NCBI GenBank assembly: GCA_963751275.1
Contig: CAVVTZ010000009.1
Location: 128,001-192,000, forward strand
Reading direction: 5' to 3'
From: an uncultured Gemmatimonadaceae bacterium
GTDB taxonomy: Bacteria > Gemmatimonadota > Gemmatimonadetes > Gemmatimonadales > Gemmatimonadaceae
DNA: 64,000 bases
How positions within the stretch are numbered: the stretch's first letter is position 1; each line of letters starts with the position of its first letter. The notes below the pieces were generated by a model. The model did not search any database. It was not told where the DNA came from and saw only the letters and a program-made list of their open reading frames with translations. A program made the position numbers and the translations under genes. Of this stretch, positions 1 through 13,803 are shown one piece after another.

Positions 1-533
1 CCCGCGAGCACGCGCGGCACGCCGTCGGCGAGCACACCCGCGAATCCGAGCTGCGCGACGTGCTCCGCGAGCCGGTCGCTGTAGATGAGCTCGGTGTTCC
101 GGAAGACCGTGGGCGCCCGTCCGGTGAGCGCGGTGATGCGTGCGCGGTGCGCGGCTACCTCGAGATCGAATTCCTCCCAGTCACTCAGCGCGCTGAGCGA
201 GTGATTGTCCGTCTCGCACAGGAATTCGACGCAGCCGGTGCGCGCGAGCGCCTCGAAGCTCCGCACGACGTCGGGCGCGTACGCGGCGAGCTGGTCGAGC
301 ACGGTGCCGGTGATGCTGAAGCTCACCTTGAACCGGCCGGCGTGCCGGTCGATGAGCTCGAGCAGCAGGCGGTTCGTGGGCGTGTAGCACTTGGCCGCGA
401 CGCGCTGCAGGATGCCGGCGTTCTTCTCGTCGTCGAAGTAGTGCGCCGCCTTGCCGACGCCCACGTCGAAGGTGGAGAAATGGCGGAGCCGGTACGGCTG
501 GTGCACCTGGAAATAGAAACAGACCGCGGCCAT
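1..533 (-). CDS. Glycoside hydrolase family 57 protein (alpha-amylase-like), N-terminal part; runs off the window edge
   Basis: Not in the ORF track. Manual translation from ATG 533: MAAVCFYFQVHQPYRLR...KCYTPTNRLLLELI...FSITGTVLDQL...EFLCETDNHSL...FRNTELIYSD, which contains the GH57 HQP, ET..HSL and RNTE motifs. Starts 2 nt after the GT4 stop. Confidence 0.88.
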   Translation of the reverse strand, partial: MAAVCFYFQVHQPYRLRHFSTFDVGVGKAAHYFDDEKNAGILQRVAAKCYTPTNRLLLELIDRHAGRFKVSFSITGTVLDQLAAYAPDVVRSFEALARTGCVEFLCETDNHSLSALSDWEEFDLEVAAHRARITALTGRAPTVFRNTELIYSDRLAEHVAQLGFAGVLADGVPRVLA

Positions 534-534
534 G

Positions 535-1677
535 TCAGCGGCTCCCGGCGAGCAGCGGCGCGTACAGCTCCGTGATCCGCGCGCCCGCGCGCTCCCAGCT
601 CCATTTCTCCACACTCGCGCGGCCGCGCGCGGCGAGTTCGCGCCGCAGCGTGGGGTAGGTGAGCGCCGCCAGGATCCGGTCGGCCATTTGCCGCACGTTC
701 CAGAAGTCCACGAGCAGCACGTCGCGCGCGACCTCGGTCACGCCGGCGCCGCGGTCGAGGATCACCGGCGTCCCGGCGCGCAGCGCCTCGAGCGCCGCGA
801 TCCCGAACGGTTCCGACACACTCGGCATCACGAACACGTCGGCGCTCGCGAGCAAACGCGCGGCATTGTCGGGGGGCACGAAGCCGGTGAACAGGATGCT
901 CTTCCCCAGCTCCAGGCCGGCCACGTGCTGCATCAGCCGGCCGCGCATGTCGCCGTCGCCCGCCACCACGAACAGCACCTCCGGTTCGTGCTGCAGCACG
1001 AGGCGCGCCGCCTCCACGAAATAGTCGGGCCCCTTCTGGAAGGTGACGCGCCCCAGGAAGAGCACCATCGGGCGGTGCGGCGTGTCGTCAGCCCCATCGG
1101 CGAGCCAGGGCGCGTCGCGGTCCACGGAGTTGTGCACCACGTGCACGCGCGACGGATCGGCGCCGTAGCGGCGGATCACGATGTCGCGCGTGTACGCGCT
1201 CACGGCGATCACCGCCGACGCGCTGTGCACCGCCGCGCGCTCGATGGCCATCACGCCCTCGTTGCCATGCTCGCCGGCGCGGTCGAACTCGGTGGCGTGC
1301 ACGTGCAGCACCCACGGCCGATGATGCTCCGCCGCGATCCGCATCGCCGCCGGCGCGGTGAGCCAATCGTGCGCGTGGATCACGTCGAAGCGCACGGTGC
1401 GCGCGATCGCCGACGCCGCGATCGCGTACTGCTCCACCGCGCCGAACATGCCGTACAGCGCTTCGCCCGCGCCCTCATAGCCGCCGGGCGCCCCTTCACG
1501 GAACACGCCGTGCACGGTGAGGTGCGGCGCGCCGGCCGCACCCTCCGCGTTCGCCACGATCAACTGCACCTCGAGCCCGGCCGCGAGCAACCCGCGCACG
1601 ATGCCGGCGGTGGCCGGCGCCAACCCCCCCGTCACGTGCGGCGGATATTCCCAGCCGAGCATCAGGACGGTGGTCAC
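535..1677 (-). CDS. Glycosyltransferase family 4 (glycogen synthase-like)
   Basis: C-terminal part of ORF 535..3558. GTG at 1677 overlaps the upstream TGA. Motifs LMLGWEYPP..GGL, HAHDWLT, HVHATEFDR, GRVTFQKG, PSVSEPFGIAALEA. Confidence 0.9.
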   Translation of the reverse strand: MTTVLMLGWEYPPHVTGGLAPATAGIVRGLLAAGLEVQLIVANAEGAAGAPHLTVHGVFREGAPGGYEGAGEALYGMFGAVEQYAIAASAIARTVRFDVIHAHDWLTAPAAMRIAAEHHRPWVLHVHATEFDRAGEHGNEGVMAIERAAVHSASAVIAVSAYTRDIVIRRYGADPSRVHVVHNSVDRDAPWLADGADDTPHRPMVLFLGRVTFQKGPDYFVEAARLVLQHEPEVLFVVAGDGDMRGRLMQHVAGLELGKSILFTGFVPPDNAARLLASADVFVMPSVSEPFGIAALEALRAGTPVILDRGAGVTEVARDVLLVDFWNVRQMADRILAALTYPTLRRELAARGRASVEKWSWERAGARITELYAPLLAGSR

Positions 1678-3707
1678 GGCACGGCACGCAGGATGTCCGT
1701 GAGGCGGCCGAGCCGCGCCGTCTCCTGGCCGCAGGTGGGACAGACGCTGAAGCGGCCGGCGCGCACCATGTACTCGCGTACGGCGCGCACATACGCGGCA
1801 TGGCTCCATGTGAGCGGCGACACCGAGAGCGGCTCGCCCGTGTACGGATCGAGCTGCTCGGCCATCACTCCCGAGGTGAACGCGCGATCCGCCGCCCACT
1901 CGAGCAGTTTCCGCGCCTTGGAGAGTTCTTCGGTGCTCCGCGCGCGCATCACGTGGTAGCGCGCCATCCAGAGCGTGCAGATGAACCACGGATTCCCGGG
2001 CACGCGCTTGGTGTCGCTCTTCTCCACCTGGTGGTAATAGTCGTTCTCGTAGCGCGCGAGGCCGCCGATGTCGGTCTGCACCCAGAGCCGCTCCTCCACC
2101 TGCCGCAGCGTGCTCGCGACGTACGGCGACTCGATCGACAGCACCGAGAACTCGGTGAGCGCATAGAGCGCAGAGTCGATCGTCATGTCGAGCGTGTACC
2201 CGTTGGGGCCCGGCGTCGCCATGCGCGCGAAACGCTGGTCCTTCTCGCTCCACATGATCGACATCATCGCCTCGACCATCCGCTCGGCGCCCGCGTGACA
2301 GCGCGCGGCGCGCTGCTCCTCGCCGAACGCCGAGGCCACCTGCGCGGCGGCGCGGAGCCCCGAGATCACCGTGCACACCGTGTAGAAGTGCACCCCCCAG
2401 CGCTCTTCCCAGAGATCCCACGAAGGGAGCGGGAGGCCCGTCGCCTGGTCCACGTGGCGCAGGAGGAAATCGGCCGGTCGCGTGACGAGCGCGCGGTAGA
2501 AGGGCGCCGTCTCCTCCACGCGCTGGAAGAGCGTGAAGTACTGCCACACCGCCCACACGACGAGCGCGGTCTCGTCCTCCTGGATGGGGAGCACCGTGTG
2601 GCCGTCGCGCATCGCGCCGTGCCACGAGGAGGCGACCATCCCGTCGGGATTGTACTTGTGCCGCAGATAGCCTTCCGGCGTGACGGCCTTCGCGCAGAAC
2701 TCGAAGAACTTCGTGGCCGCGCCCATGTGGCCCGTGCTCATGAGCGCGGACATCACGAGCGCGCCGTCGCGCGGCCACATGTACGCGTAGGTGTCGCGCG
2801 CGAGCTGCGCGATGTCGGAATCGGTGGCGGCGATCACGGCGCCATCGTGGTCCACGTGCGAGCGGATGATCAGCAGGCTCTGGCGATAGCGCTCCACGAC
2901 GCTCGCCGGGAGATCGGCCGTGGCGCGCTGCTCGCGGCTCACCCAGAGCTGCCAATAGTGCCGCGTGCGGCGGAGCAGTTCCTCGGGCGACTTGGTGCGC
3001 ACGACCTGGTCGATGGTCGTCGACCTCGGCCATGTCGCGCCCCGCCGCCATCCAGTAGTAGACCTCGCGTTCCGCGTTCGCGCCGACCGTGAGCGCGATG
3101 CCCATGGTGGAATCCACCGAGCCCTGCGCGATCGCGTTGCCGCTGAGGTTCCCATCCTCGGCGTCGCGCCACGTGCCCTCGGCGGAGCCGACGTCCTTCG
3201 TGCCGCAGGCGTACGACGTCATGCCGACCTTGTCGCCGATGCGGCAGTTCATCAGGAAGTAGCGGTCATCCTTGTAATGGATGAGCGATCCCGTTTCCGG
3301 CGAGAACATTGCCGTGTCGCCCACTTCGTGGCCGAGGATCCGGAAGTTGTGGTGGTAGAAGAGGCGGACCTCGCGCGGGTGATCGGCGAGATTGTGCACG
3401 ACCACGCGCCGCACGAGCACGTTCTCGAAGAAATCCACGGCGTCGGCGCACGTAGAGCGAGATCGCGCAGCTCGCGGCTGATCGCGCTGACCTCGGTGGA
3501 CATCGAGTCCTCGGCATACCGCATGTCGAGTTCCCAATCGGGGCCCATCCAGCGGCACGTCCCGTCGACGAAGACGCCGAAGCGGAAGGGGCGGCCGACC
3601 GCGTGATTCTCCTTGCCGACGCGCGGGAAGTAGATGTCGCGGAGAACGTACTGTCGGTCGAAGGCGACGTGCAGCCGGCCATTCGAGAGCGGGAGGTCAC
3701 GCGGCAT
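1674..3707 (-). CDS. Glycoside hydrolase family 15 (glucoamylase-like), split by frameshifts near 3450-3470 and 3020
   Basis: MPRDLPLSNG...IYFPRVG (ATG 3707) continues in a second frame (ADAVDFFEN...) and then in ORF 1674..3155, which has YAYMWPRDGA, QEDETA, DLWEER, MAEQLDP and SPLTWSHA. Confidence 0.85.
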
Positions 3708-3811
3708 GCGCGGCACGGTCTGAGAACGGGCGCATCCTAGGTACCTAAGTGCCGGAGATTGGGGGACTCGCAATGTACCGCCCACGCGGAGCCGGACGCT
3801 AGGAGACGAGC

Positions 3812-3935
3812 CGTTCGGGAGTCGGGAGTCGGGAATCAACGGCCCCGAACAAAGCCCCCTTGCCTCGCCCCTACGGGGAGGCATCTTCGTTCTCCCGGGC
3901 GTCGCCGTCGATTCCCGACTCCCGACTCCCGAACG
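3812..3935. repeat. Fold-back element with (TCGGGAG)3 heptamer stems
   Basis: Arms 3812-3843 and 3904-3935 are 32-bp inverted repeats with 1 mismatch. An inner hairpin lies at 3861-3883. Confidence 0.9.
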
Positions 3936-3939
3936 CGGA

Positions 3940-4539
3940 ATGCCTGTGAGCCCCCTTCCCCTCGTCTATCTCGCCCGCCACGGGGAAACGGAGTGGAGTC
4001 TCAGCGGAAGACACACCGGCCTCACGGACATTCCCCTCACCGCGCGCGGGGAGGCGGCGGCGCGCGCCCTGGGCCCGCCGCTTCGGGGGATCCAGTTCAC
4101 GCAGGTGCGCACGAGCCCGTTACAGCGCGCCAGCCGCACCTGCGAGCTGGCCGGGTTCGCGTCGGTCGCATTGGTCGATCCCGATCTCGTCGAGTGGAAC
4201 TACGGGAATTATGAAGGACGGAAGACGGATGAGATCCTCGCCGAGCGGCCGGGGTGGCAGCTCTTTCGCGACGGCTGCCCGGGTGGGGAATCGCCCGCCG
4301 ATGTCGGCGCGCGCGCCGACCGCGTGGTGGCGCGCGCGCGGGCGGCGGGCGGCAATGTGCTGCTCTTCTCGAGCGGCCACTTCCTGCGCACCCTCGCGGC
4401 GCGGTGGCTCGGGCTGCCCCCGGCCGATGGCCGCCTGCTCTATCTCGCGACGGCCACCTTGAGCACGTTGGGGTACGAGCATAGTCTCACAGAACCGGTA
4501 TTGCGGCTCTGGAACTCCATTCCCGCCACGCGGACCTGA
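3940..4539 (+). CDS. Histidine phosphatase (phosphoglycerate mutase family)
   Basis: LARHGETEWS, SPLQRA, EWNYG and SSGHFLR motifs. Start may be GTG 3946. Confidence 0.9.
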   Translation: MPVSPLPLVYLARHGETEWSLSGRHTGLTDIPLTARGEAAARALGPPLRGIQFTQVRTSPLQRASRTCELAGFASVALVDPDLVEWNYGNYEGRKTDEILAERPGWQLFRDGCPGGESPADVGARADRVVARARAAGGNVLLFSSGHFLRTLAARWLGLPPADGRLLYLATATLSTLGYEHSLTEPVLRLWNSIPATRT

Positions 4540-4543
4540 AGCC

Positions 4544-5630
4544 ATGAACGCCACACGGACACTCCACGACCTCGGCCAGAGTCTCTGGCTCGACAATATC
4601 ACGCGCGGGCTGCTCTCGAGCGGCACGCTGAAGCGCTACATCGACGAACTCTCGGTGACGGGACTCACGTCCAATCCGACGATCTTCGATCTCGCGCTCA
4701 AGGGCAGCACCGACTACGACGCCGACATTCTCGAAGAAGCTGAAGCAGGGCAAGTCGGGCGAGTCACTCTTCTTCGAGCTGGCGATCGACGATCTCACGC
4801 GCGCGGCCGATCTCTTCCGCCCGGTGCACGACAAGACCGCCGGGGTGGACGGTTGGGTCTCGCTCGAGGTGTCGCCGCTGCTGGCGTACGACACGAAGAC
4901 CACGCTCGCGATGGCGAAGAGCCTGCACGCGAGCGCCGGCCGCCCGAATCTCTTCATCAAGATCCCCGGCACGAAGGAGGGATTGCCGGCCATCGAGGAA
5001 GCGACCTTCGCGGGCGTGCCGATCAACGTCACGCTGCTCTTCTCGCGCGAGCAATACCTCGCGGCGGCGGAGGCCTATCTGCGCGGCATCGAGCGGCGCA
5101 TCGCGGCGGGGCTGTCGCCGAACGTCACGTCGGTGGCATCGGTGTTCATCAGCCGGTGGGACGCCGCGGTCGCCGCGAAGGTCCCGCCGGAGCTCGTGAA
5201 CAAGCTCGGCATCGCGATCAGCCGGCGCTGCTACAAGGCGTATCTCGATCTCATCCAGTCGCCGCGCTATCTCGCGGTGCTGAACGCCGGCGCGCGGCCG
5301 CAGCGGCTGCTGCTCGCGAGCACCGGCACGAAGGATCCCAAGGCGAGCGACGTGATGTACATCGAGGCGCTCGCCGCGCCGTTCACGGTGAACACGATCC
5401 CCGAGGCGACGCTCAAGGCGTTCGCCGACCACGGGAAACCGGGCGCGACGATGCCGCGCGACGGCGGCGACTGCGAGCAGGTGCTCGCCCAGTTCACGAA
5501 GGCCGGTGTGAACATCGATGAGGTGGCCGCGAAGCTGCAGAGCGACGGCGCCGCGTCGTTCGTGAAGTCATGGAACGAGTTGATGGCCGGACTCGAAGCC
5601 AAGAGCGCCACGCTCAAGAAGGCCGGCTGA
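4544..5630 (+). CDS. tal: Transaldolase, frameshift near 4732
   Basis: GQSLWLDNITR and GLTSNPTIF in ORF 4544; continues in the frame of ORF 4824 with VSLEVSP, FIKIPGT, INVTLLFS, SVFISRWD and ASTGTK. Confidence 0.92.
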
Positions 5631-5631
5631 G

Positions 5632-6288
5632 ATGCACGTGCTCGCGGTGGACGTGGGCGGCACGAACGTGAAGATCCTCGCCTCCGGTCAAACGGAGGCG
5701 AGGCGCTTTCCGTCCGGCACCGGCCTCACACCGAAGGAGATGGTGGCCGGCGTGAAGAAACTCGCGAAAGGCTGGGAGTTCGAGGCGGTCTCGATCGGCT
5801 ATCCCGGGCTCGTCATTCGCGGCAAGCCGATCGCCGACCCGCACAATCTCGCGCCGGGATGGGTCGGCTTCGATTTCGCGGCGGCCTTCGGCTGCCCCGT
5901 GAAGGTGATCAACGATGCCGCGATGCAGGCGCTGGGCAGCTATCAGGGCGGCCGCATGCTCTTCCTGGGACTCGGCACGGGACTCGGCACCGCGCTCATC
6001 GATGACGGCGAGTTGGAACCGATGGAACTGGCGCACGTGCCGTACAAGAAGAAGACGTACGAGGATTACGTGGGCGCGCGCGCGCAGAAGAAATTCGGCA
6101 AGAAGAAGTGGCGGAAGAACGTCGAAGAGGTCGTCGAGAACCTGCGCGGCATCTTCGAGCCCACCGACATCGTGCTGGGCGGCGGGAACGTGAAGCAGCT
6201 CAAGGAACTTCCCGCCGGATGCCGCGCCGGCGACAATGCGAACGCGTTCACCGGCGGCTTCCGCCTGTGGGAGCAGCGCGGCGCGTGA
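5632..6288 (+). CDS. ROK-family sugar kinase (polyphosphate glucokinase-like)
   Basis: [33 protein letters not shown] and LGGGN motifs. Confidence 0.88.
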   Translation: MHVLAVDVGGTNVKILASGQTEARRFPSGTGLTPKEMVAGVKKLAKGWEFEAVSIGYPGLVIRGKPIADPHNLAPGWVGFDFAAAFGCPVKVINDAAMQALGSYQGGRMLFLGLGTGLGTALIDDGELEPMELAHVPYKKKTYEDYVGARAQKKFGKKKWRKNVEEVVENLRGIFEPTDIVLGGGNVKQLKELPAGCRAGDNANAFTGGFRLWEQRGA

Positions 6289-7910
6289 GCACCGCCGCCA
6301 GCCATCCCGCCTGGAAGGCGCTGCAGGCGCACGCCACGGCGGTCAAGGCGGCGTCGCTGCGCGACCTCTTCGCCGCGGACCCGAAGCGCGGCGAGCGCTG
6401 CACGCTCGACGCGGCCGGCCTGTTCCTGGACTACTCGAAGAACCGCATCACCGACGAGACGCTGCCGCTGCTGCTGCGGCTGGCCGATGAGTGCGGCCTG
6501 CGCGCGCGCATCGATGCGATGTTCCGCGGCGACAAGATCAACATCACCGAGGATCGCGCCGTGCTCCACGTGGCGCTGCGCGCCCCGCGCGATGCGGTGA
6601 TCACGGTGGACGGGAAGAACGTCGTGCCCGACGTGCACGCGGTGCTCGACAAGATGTCCGCGTTCGCCGAGCGCATCCGGAGCGGCGCCTGGACCGGCCA
6701 CACGGGCCAGCGCATCAAGAACGTGATCAACATCGGGATCGGCGGCTCCGACCTCGGCCCGGTGATGGCCTATGAGGCCCTGCGCTTCTACAGCGACCGC
6801 TCGCTCACCTTCCGCTTCGTCTCCAACGTGGACGGCACGGACATCGCCGAGGCGACACGCGATCTCGCGGCGGCCGAGACGCTGTTCATCGTCTCGTCGA
6901 AGACCTTCACGACACTCGAGACGATGACCAACGCCGGCACCGCACGCGACTGGCTGCTCAAGGGGCTGGGCGGCGATGCGAAGGCGGTCGCGAAGCACTT
7001 TGTGGCGGTGTCCACCAACGCGGAGAAGGTCGCGGCGTTCGGCATCGACACCGCCAACATGTTCGGCTTCTGGGACTGGGTGGGTGGCCGCTATTCGATG
7101 GATGCCGCGATCGGCCTCTCGACGATGATCGCGGTCGGCCCGGAGAACTTCCGCGCGATGCTGCGCGGCTTCCACGAGATGGACGAGCACTTCCGCACGG
7201 CACCGTTCGCACAGAACATGCCGGTGCTCATGGGATTGCTCACGGTCTGGTACACGGACTTCTTCAACGCGCAAACGGTCGCCGTCCTCCCCTACGAGCA
7301 GTACCTCAAGCGCTTTCCCGCGTACCTGCAGCAGCTCACCATGGAGAGCAACGGCAAGCACGTCACGCTCGAGGGCGAAGCGGTGGGCTGCGACACGAGC
7401 CCGGTCTACTGGGGCGAGCCCGGCACGAACGGCCAGCATTCCTTCTATCAGCTCATCCACCAGGGGACGCGCCTCATCCCGTGCGACTTCATCGCGTTCG
7501 TGCACGCGCTGAATCCCGTGGGGCGCCACCACGACATGCTCATCGCCAACGTGCTCGCGCAAACGGAAGCGCTCGCGTTCGGGAAGACCGCGCAGCAGGT
7601 GAAGGCGGAAGGCACGCCCGACTGGCTGGTGCCGCACCGCGTGTTCGAAGGCAACCGCCCATCGAACACGATCCTCGCGGACCGTCTCACCCCCGAAGCG
7701 CTCGGCCGGCTCGTGGCGCTCTACGAGCACAGCGTCTTCACGCAGGGCGCGATCTGGAACATCGATTCGTTCGATCAGTGGGGCGTGGAACTGGGCAAAC
7801 AGCTCGCGCAGCGCATCATCCCGGAACTCGAGAGCGCTGCCGATCCGAAACTCGCGCACGACAGCTCGACCAACGCGCTCATCCGGCGCTACCGGAAGCT
7901 CAAGAAATGA
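6285..7910 (+). CDS. pgi: Glucose-6-phosphate isomerase
   Basis: GTG overlaps the upstream [44 protein letters not shown] and [10 protein letters not shown]. Confidence 0.97.
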   Translation: MSTAASHPAWKALQAHATAVKAASLRDLFAADPKRGERCTLDAAGLFLDYSKNRITDETLPLLLRLADECGLRARIDAMFRGDKINITEDRAVLHVALRAPRDAVITVDGKNVVPDVHAVLDKMSAFAERIRSGAWTGHTGQRIKNVINIGIGGSDLGPVMAYEALRFYSDRSLTFRFVSNVDGTDIAEATRDLAAAETLFIVSSKTFTTLETMTNAGTARDWLLKGLGGDAKAVAKHFVAVSTNAEKVAAFGIDTANMFGFWDWVGGRYSMDAAIGLSTMIAVGPENFRAMLRGFHEMDEHFRTAPFAQNMPVLMGLLTVWYTDFFNAQTVAVLPYEQYLKRFPAYLQQLTMESNGKHVTLEGEAVGCDTSPVYWGEPGTNGQHSFYQLIHQGTRLIPCDFIAFVHALNPVGRHHDMLIANVLAQTEALAFGKTAQQVKAEGTPDWLVPHRVFEGNRPSNTILADRLTPEALGRLVALYEHSVFTQGAIWNIDSFDQWGVELGKQLAQRIIPELESAADPKLAHDSSTNALIRRYRKLKK

Positions 7911-7939
7911 TGCGGAGCGGGACCAACTAAGGAGAACGC

Positions 7940-9010
7940 ATGCAACTCGCGATGATCGGACTGGGCCGCATGGGCGCCAACATGGTGCGCCGGCTCACCA
8001 AGGGCGGACACGACTGCGTCGTCTACGACCGCTCGCCGGAAGCGGTGAAGGATCTCGCGAAGGGCAAGATCGCGGGCGCGGACTCGCTCGAGGATCTCGT
8101 GAAGAAGCTGCGCAAGCCGCGCACGGTGTGGCTCATGGTGCCGGCGGCCGTCGTGGACCACAGCATCGCCGATCTCGCGCCGCTGCTCGCGAGCGGCGAC
8201 ACGATCATTGACGGCGGGAATTCCTACTACGTGGATGACATCCGTCGCGCGGAGACGCTCGCCAAGAAAGGCATCCACTACGTGGACGTGGGCACGAGCG
8301 GCGGCGTATGGGGGCTCAAGCGCGGCTATTGCATGATGATCGGCGGCGAACCGAAGATCGTGAAGCGCCTCGATCCCGTCTTCGCCACGCTCGCGCCGGG
8401 CATCGGCAGGATCGAACGCACGCCCGGCCGCGAGAAGATCGGCGGCACCGCGGAGAACGGCTATCTCCACTGCGGGCCCAACGGCGCCGGCCACTTCGTG
8501 AAGATGGTGCACAACGGCATCGAGTACGGGCTCATGGCCGCCTATGCCGAGGGGCTCGGCGTGCTCGCCGAGGCGAACATCGGCAAGAAGACGCACGAGG
8601 TGGACGCCGAGACGACGCCGCTCCGCGACCCGGAGCACTACCAGTACGACATCAACCTGCGCGACGTGGCCGAAGTGTGGCGGCGCGGCAGCGTGATATC
8701 GTCGTGGCTGCTGGACCTCACGGCGGCGGCGTTGGTGAAGGATCAGAAGCTCGGCGACTTCGGCGGACGCGTCTCCGATTCCGGCGAAGGGCGCTGGACG
8801 ATCAAGGCGTCGATCGACGAAGGCGTGCCCACGCCGGTGCTCACCGCGGCGCTGTACGAGCGATTCAGCTCGCGTGGGCAGGCCGACTATCAGAACCGGC
8901 TGCTCTCCGCGATGCGGTTCGCGTTCGGCGGCCACCTCGAGAAGCCGGCGGATGGCGCGGCGCCGCAAGCGGCCGCGCCCAAGGCGCCGGCGAAGAAGAA
9001 GAAAGCATGA
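7940..9010 (+). CDS. gnd: 6-phosphogluconate dehydrogenase, decarboxylating (short form)
   Basis: IGLGRMG, DGGNS, DVGTSGG, KMVHNGIEY, SDSGEGRW and FGGH. RBS aaggag upstream. Confidence 0.95.
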   Translation: MQLAMIGLGRMGANMVRRLTKGGHDCVVYDRSPEAVKDLAKGKIAGADSLEDLVKKLRKPRTVWLMVPAAVVDHSIADLAPLLASGDTIIDGGNSYYVDDIRRAETLAKKGIHYVDVGTSGGVWGLKRGYCMMIGGEPKIVKRLDPVFATLAPGIGRIERTPGREKIGGTAENGYLHCGPNGAGHFVKMVHNGIEYGLMAAYAEGLGVLAEANIGKKTHEVDAETTPLRDPEHYQYDINLRDVAEVWRRGSVISSWLLDLTAAALVKDQKLGDFGGRVSDSGEGRWTIKASIDEGVPTPVLTAALYERFSSRGQADYQNRLLSAMRFAFGGHLEKPADGAAPQAAAPKAPAKKKKA

Positions 9011-10396
9011 GCGACCGGCCCCACTCCGGCGCGCTGGTCTTCTTCGGCGCCACCGGCGACCTCGCGTACAAGAAGATCTTCCCCGCGCTGCAGGCGATGA
9101 TCAAGCGCGGGCATCTCGATGTCCCGGTCATCGGCGTCGCGAAGTCGTCGTGGAATTGCGACCAGCTCGTCGCGCGCGCGAAGGACAGTCTGGAGCATCA
9201 CGGCGGCCTCGATGCCGCGGCGTTCGCGAAGCTCACGAAGCTGCTGCGCTACGTGGACGGCGATTACAACGACGCCGGCACTTACGAGAAGATCAAGCAG
9301 GAGCTGCGCGGCGCCGAGCGGCCGGCGCATTACCTCGCGATCCCGCCGGTTTTGTTCGGCGTCGTCGTGGAGCACCTGCGCAACGCGGGGCTCACGAAGG
9401 AAGCGCGCGTCATCGTGGAGAAGCCGTTCGGCACCGACCTCGCCTCGGCGCGCGCGCTGAACGCCATTCTGCTCAGCGCCTTCGACGAGACGTCGATCTT
9501 CCGCATCGACCACTATCTGGGCAAGCGGCCGGTGCACAACATGCTCTTCTTCCGCTTCGCGAACCTCTTCCTCGAGTCGTTCTGGAACCGCACGCACATC
9601 GAGAGCGTGCAGATCACCATGGCCGAGGACTTCGGCGTGCAGGGGCGCGGTGCGTTCTACGACCAGACCGGCACCATGCGCGACGTGGTGCAGAACCATC
9701 TCTTCCAGGTGATGTGCAACCTCGCGATGGAGCCGCCGGTGCGCACCGACAGCGAATCCATTCGCGATGAGAAGGTGAAGGTGCTCAAGGCGATCCCCAC
9801 GCTCGACGTGAAGAACATCGTGCGCGGACAGTTCACCGGCTACCTGAAGGAAGACCGGCGTGAAGCCGGGATCCACCACCGAGACCTTCTCCGCCGTGAA
9901 GCTCGCGATCAACTCGTGGCGCTGGCAGGACGTGCCGTTCTACATCCGCGCCGGCAAGTGCCTGCCGGTGACGTGCACGGAGATCTTCGTGCGCCTCCGC
10001 CGCCCGCCGGCGCTCTATCCCACCGACGGCCAGCAGCCGAACTACTTCCGCTTCCGCATCAGCCCCGACGTCACCACGGCGATCGGCATGAACGTCATGG
10101 GGCCCGGCGAGGAAGAGATGCACGGCGCCATGACCGAGATGGTCGCGAGCTCGCACCCGGCCGCGAACGAGATGGATGCCTACGAGCGCGTCCTCGGCGA
10201 TGCTATGGTGGGCGACGCGACGCTCTTCGCGCGCGAGGACTACGTCGAGGAAGCGTGGCGGATCGTGGACGCGGTGCTCAAGGCGACGACGCCGGTCTAC
10301 CCGTACGCGCCGGGCACGTGGGGGCCGAAAGAGGCGGCCGCGATCGCGCCCGACGGCGGCTGGCACGATCCGGTGCTCGGACCGCCCACGCCGTGA
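9007..10396 (+). CDS. zwf: Glucose-6-phosphate dehydrogenase, frameshift near 9856
   Basis: FGATGDLA, EKPFG, RIDHYLGK and RDVVQNH; continues in ORF 9860..10396 with TETF, RWQDVPFYIRAGK, AYERVL and GTWGP. Confidence 0.94.
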
Positions 10397-11088
10397 AGAT
10401 CGAGATCCTGCCCGACGCCATCGCGGTAGCGGTGCGCGCGGCGGAGATCATCGCCGACGATGCGCGCGCGGCGATCGGCGCGCGGGGAGCGTTCACCTTC
10501 GCGGTGAGCGGCGGGAACACGCCCTGGCAGATGCTGCGTGCGCTCGCGCAGCAGCCGGTGCCGTGGAGCGCGGTGCAGCTCTTCCAGGTGGATGAGCGGA
10601 TCGCGCCCGACGGCGACCCCGACCGCAACCTCACGCACATCCGTGAGACGCTGCTGGGCGCCGTGAACATCCCTCCGCAGAACGTGCACGCGATGCCGGT
10701 GAACGATCCTGATCCCGCCGCCGCGGCGGGGCGCTACGCGCACGAGATCGAGCGCACCGCGGGTGCGCCGCCGGTGTTCGATCTGGTGCATCTCGGCCTC
10801 GGGCCGGACGGCCACACCGCGTCGCTCGTGCCCGGCGATCCCGCGCTGTTCGTGACCAACAGCGAGGTCGCGCTCGCCGGCCCGTACATGGGACATTGCC
10901 GGATGACGCTCACCTATCCGGTGCTCGACGGCGCGCGCCGCGTGCTGTGGGTGGTGACGGGCGCGGAGAAGGCGCGCATGCTCTCGCTGCTGCGCGCCGG
11001 CGACCGCACGATCCCGGCGGGGCGCGTGAACGCGATGCACGCCACGCTCCTCGCGGACCGCGCCGCCGCGCTCACGCACGCGGGCTAG
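10393..11088 (+). CDS. pgl: 6-phosphogluconolactonase
   Basis: GTG overlaps the zwf stop. SGGNTP, VDERI, LGLGPDGHTASL, RMTLTYP and VTGAEK. Confidence 0.92.
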   Translation: MKIEILPDAIAVAVRAAEIIADDARAAIGARGAFTFAVSGGNTPWQMLRALAQQPVPWSAVQLFQVDERIAPDGDPDRNLTHIRETLLGAVNIPPQNVHAMPVNDPDPAAAAGRYAHEIERTAGAPPVFDLVHLGLGPDGHTASLVPGDPALFVTNSEVALAGPYMGHCRMTLTYPVLDGARRVLWVVTGAEKARMLSLLRAGDRTIPAGRVNAMHATLLADRAAALTHAG

Positions 11089-11097
11089 GGGGAACGC

Positions 11098-13799
<2,702 letters not shown>

Positions 13800-13803
<4 letters not shown>

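Noticed and set aside
535..3558. 1007-aa fusion ORF, and similar fusions 8308..11088 and 41047..43677
   Set aside because: These are chimeras of separate genes read through frameshifts or overlapping frames; the real genes are resolved in the features.
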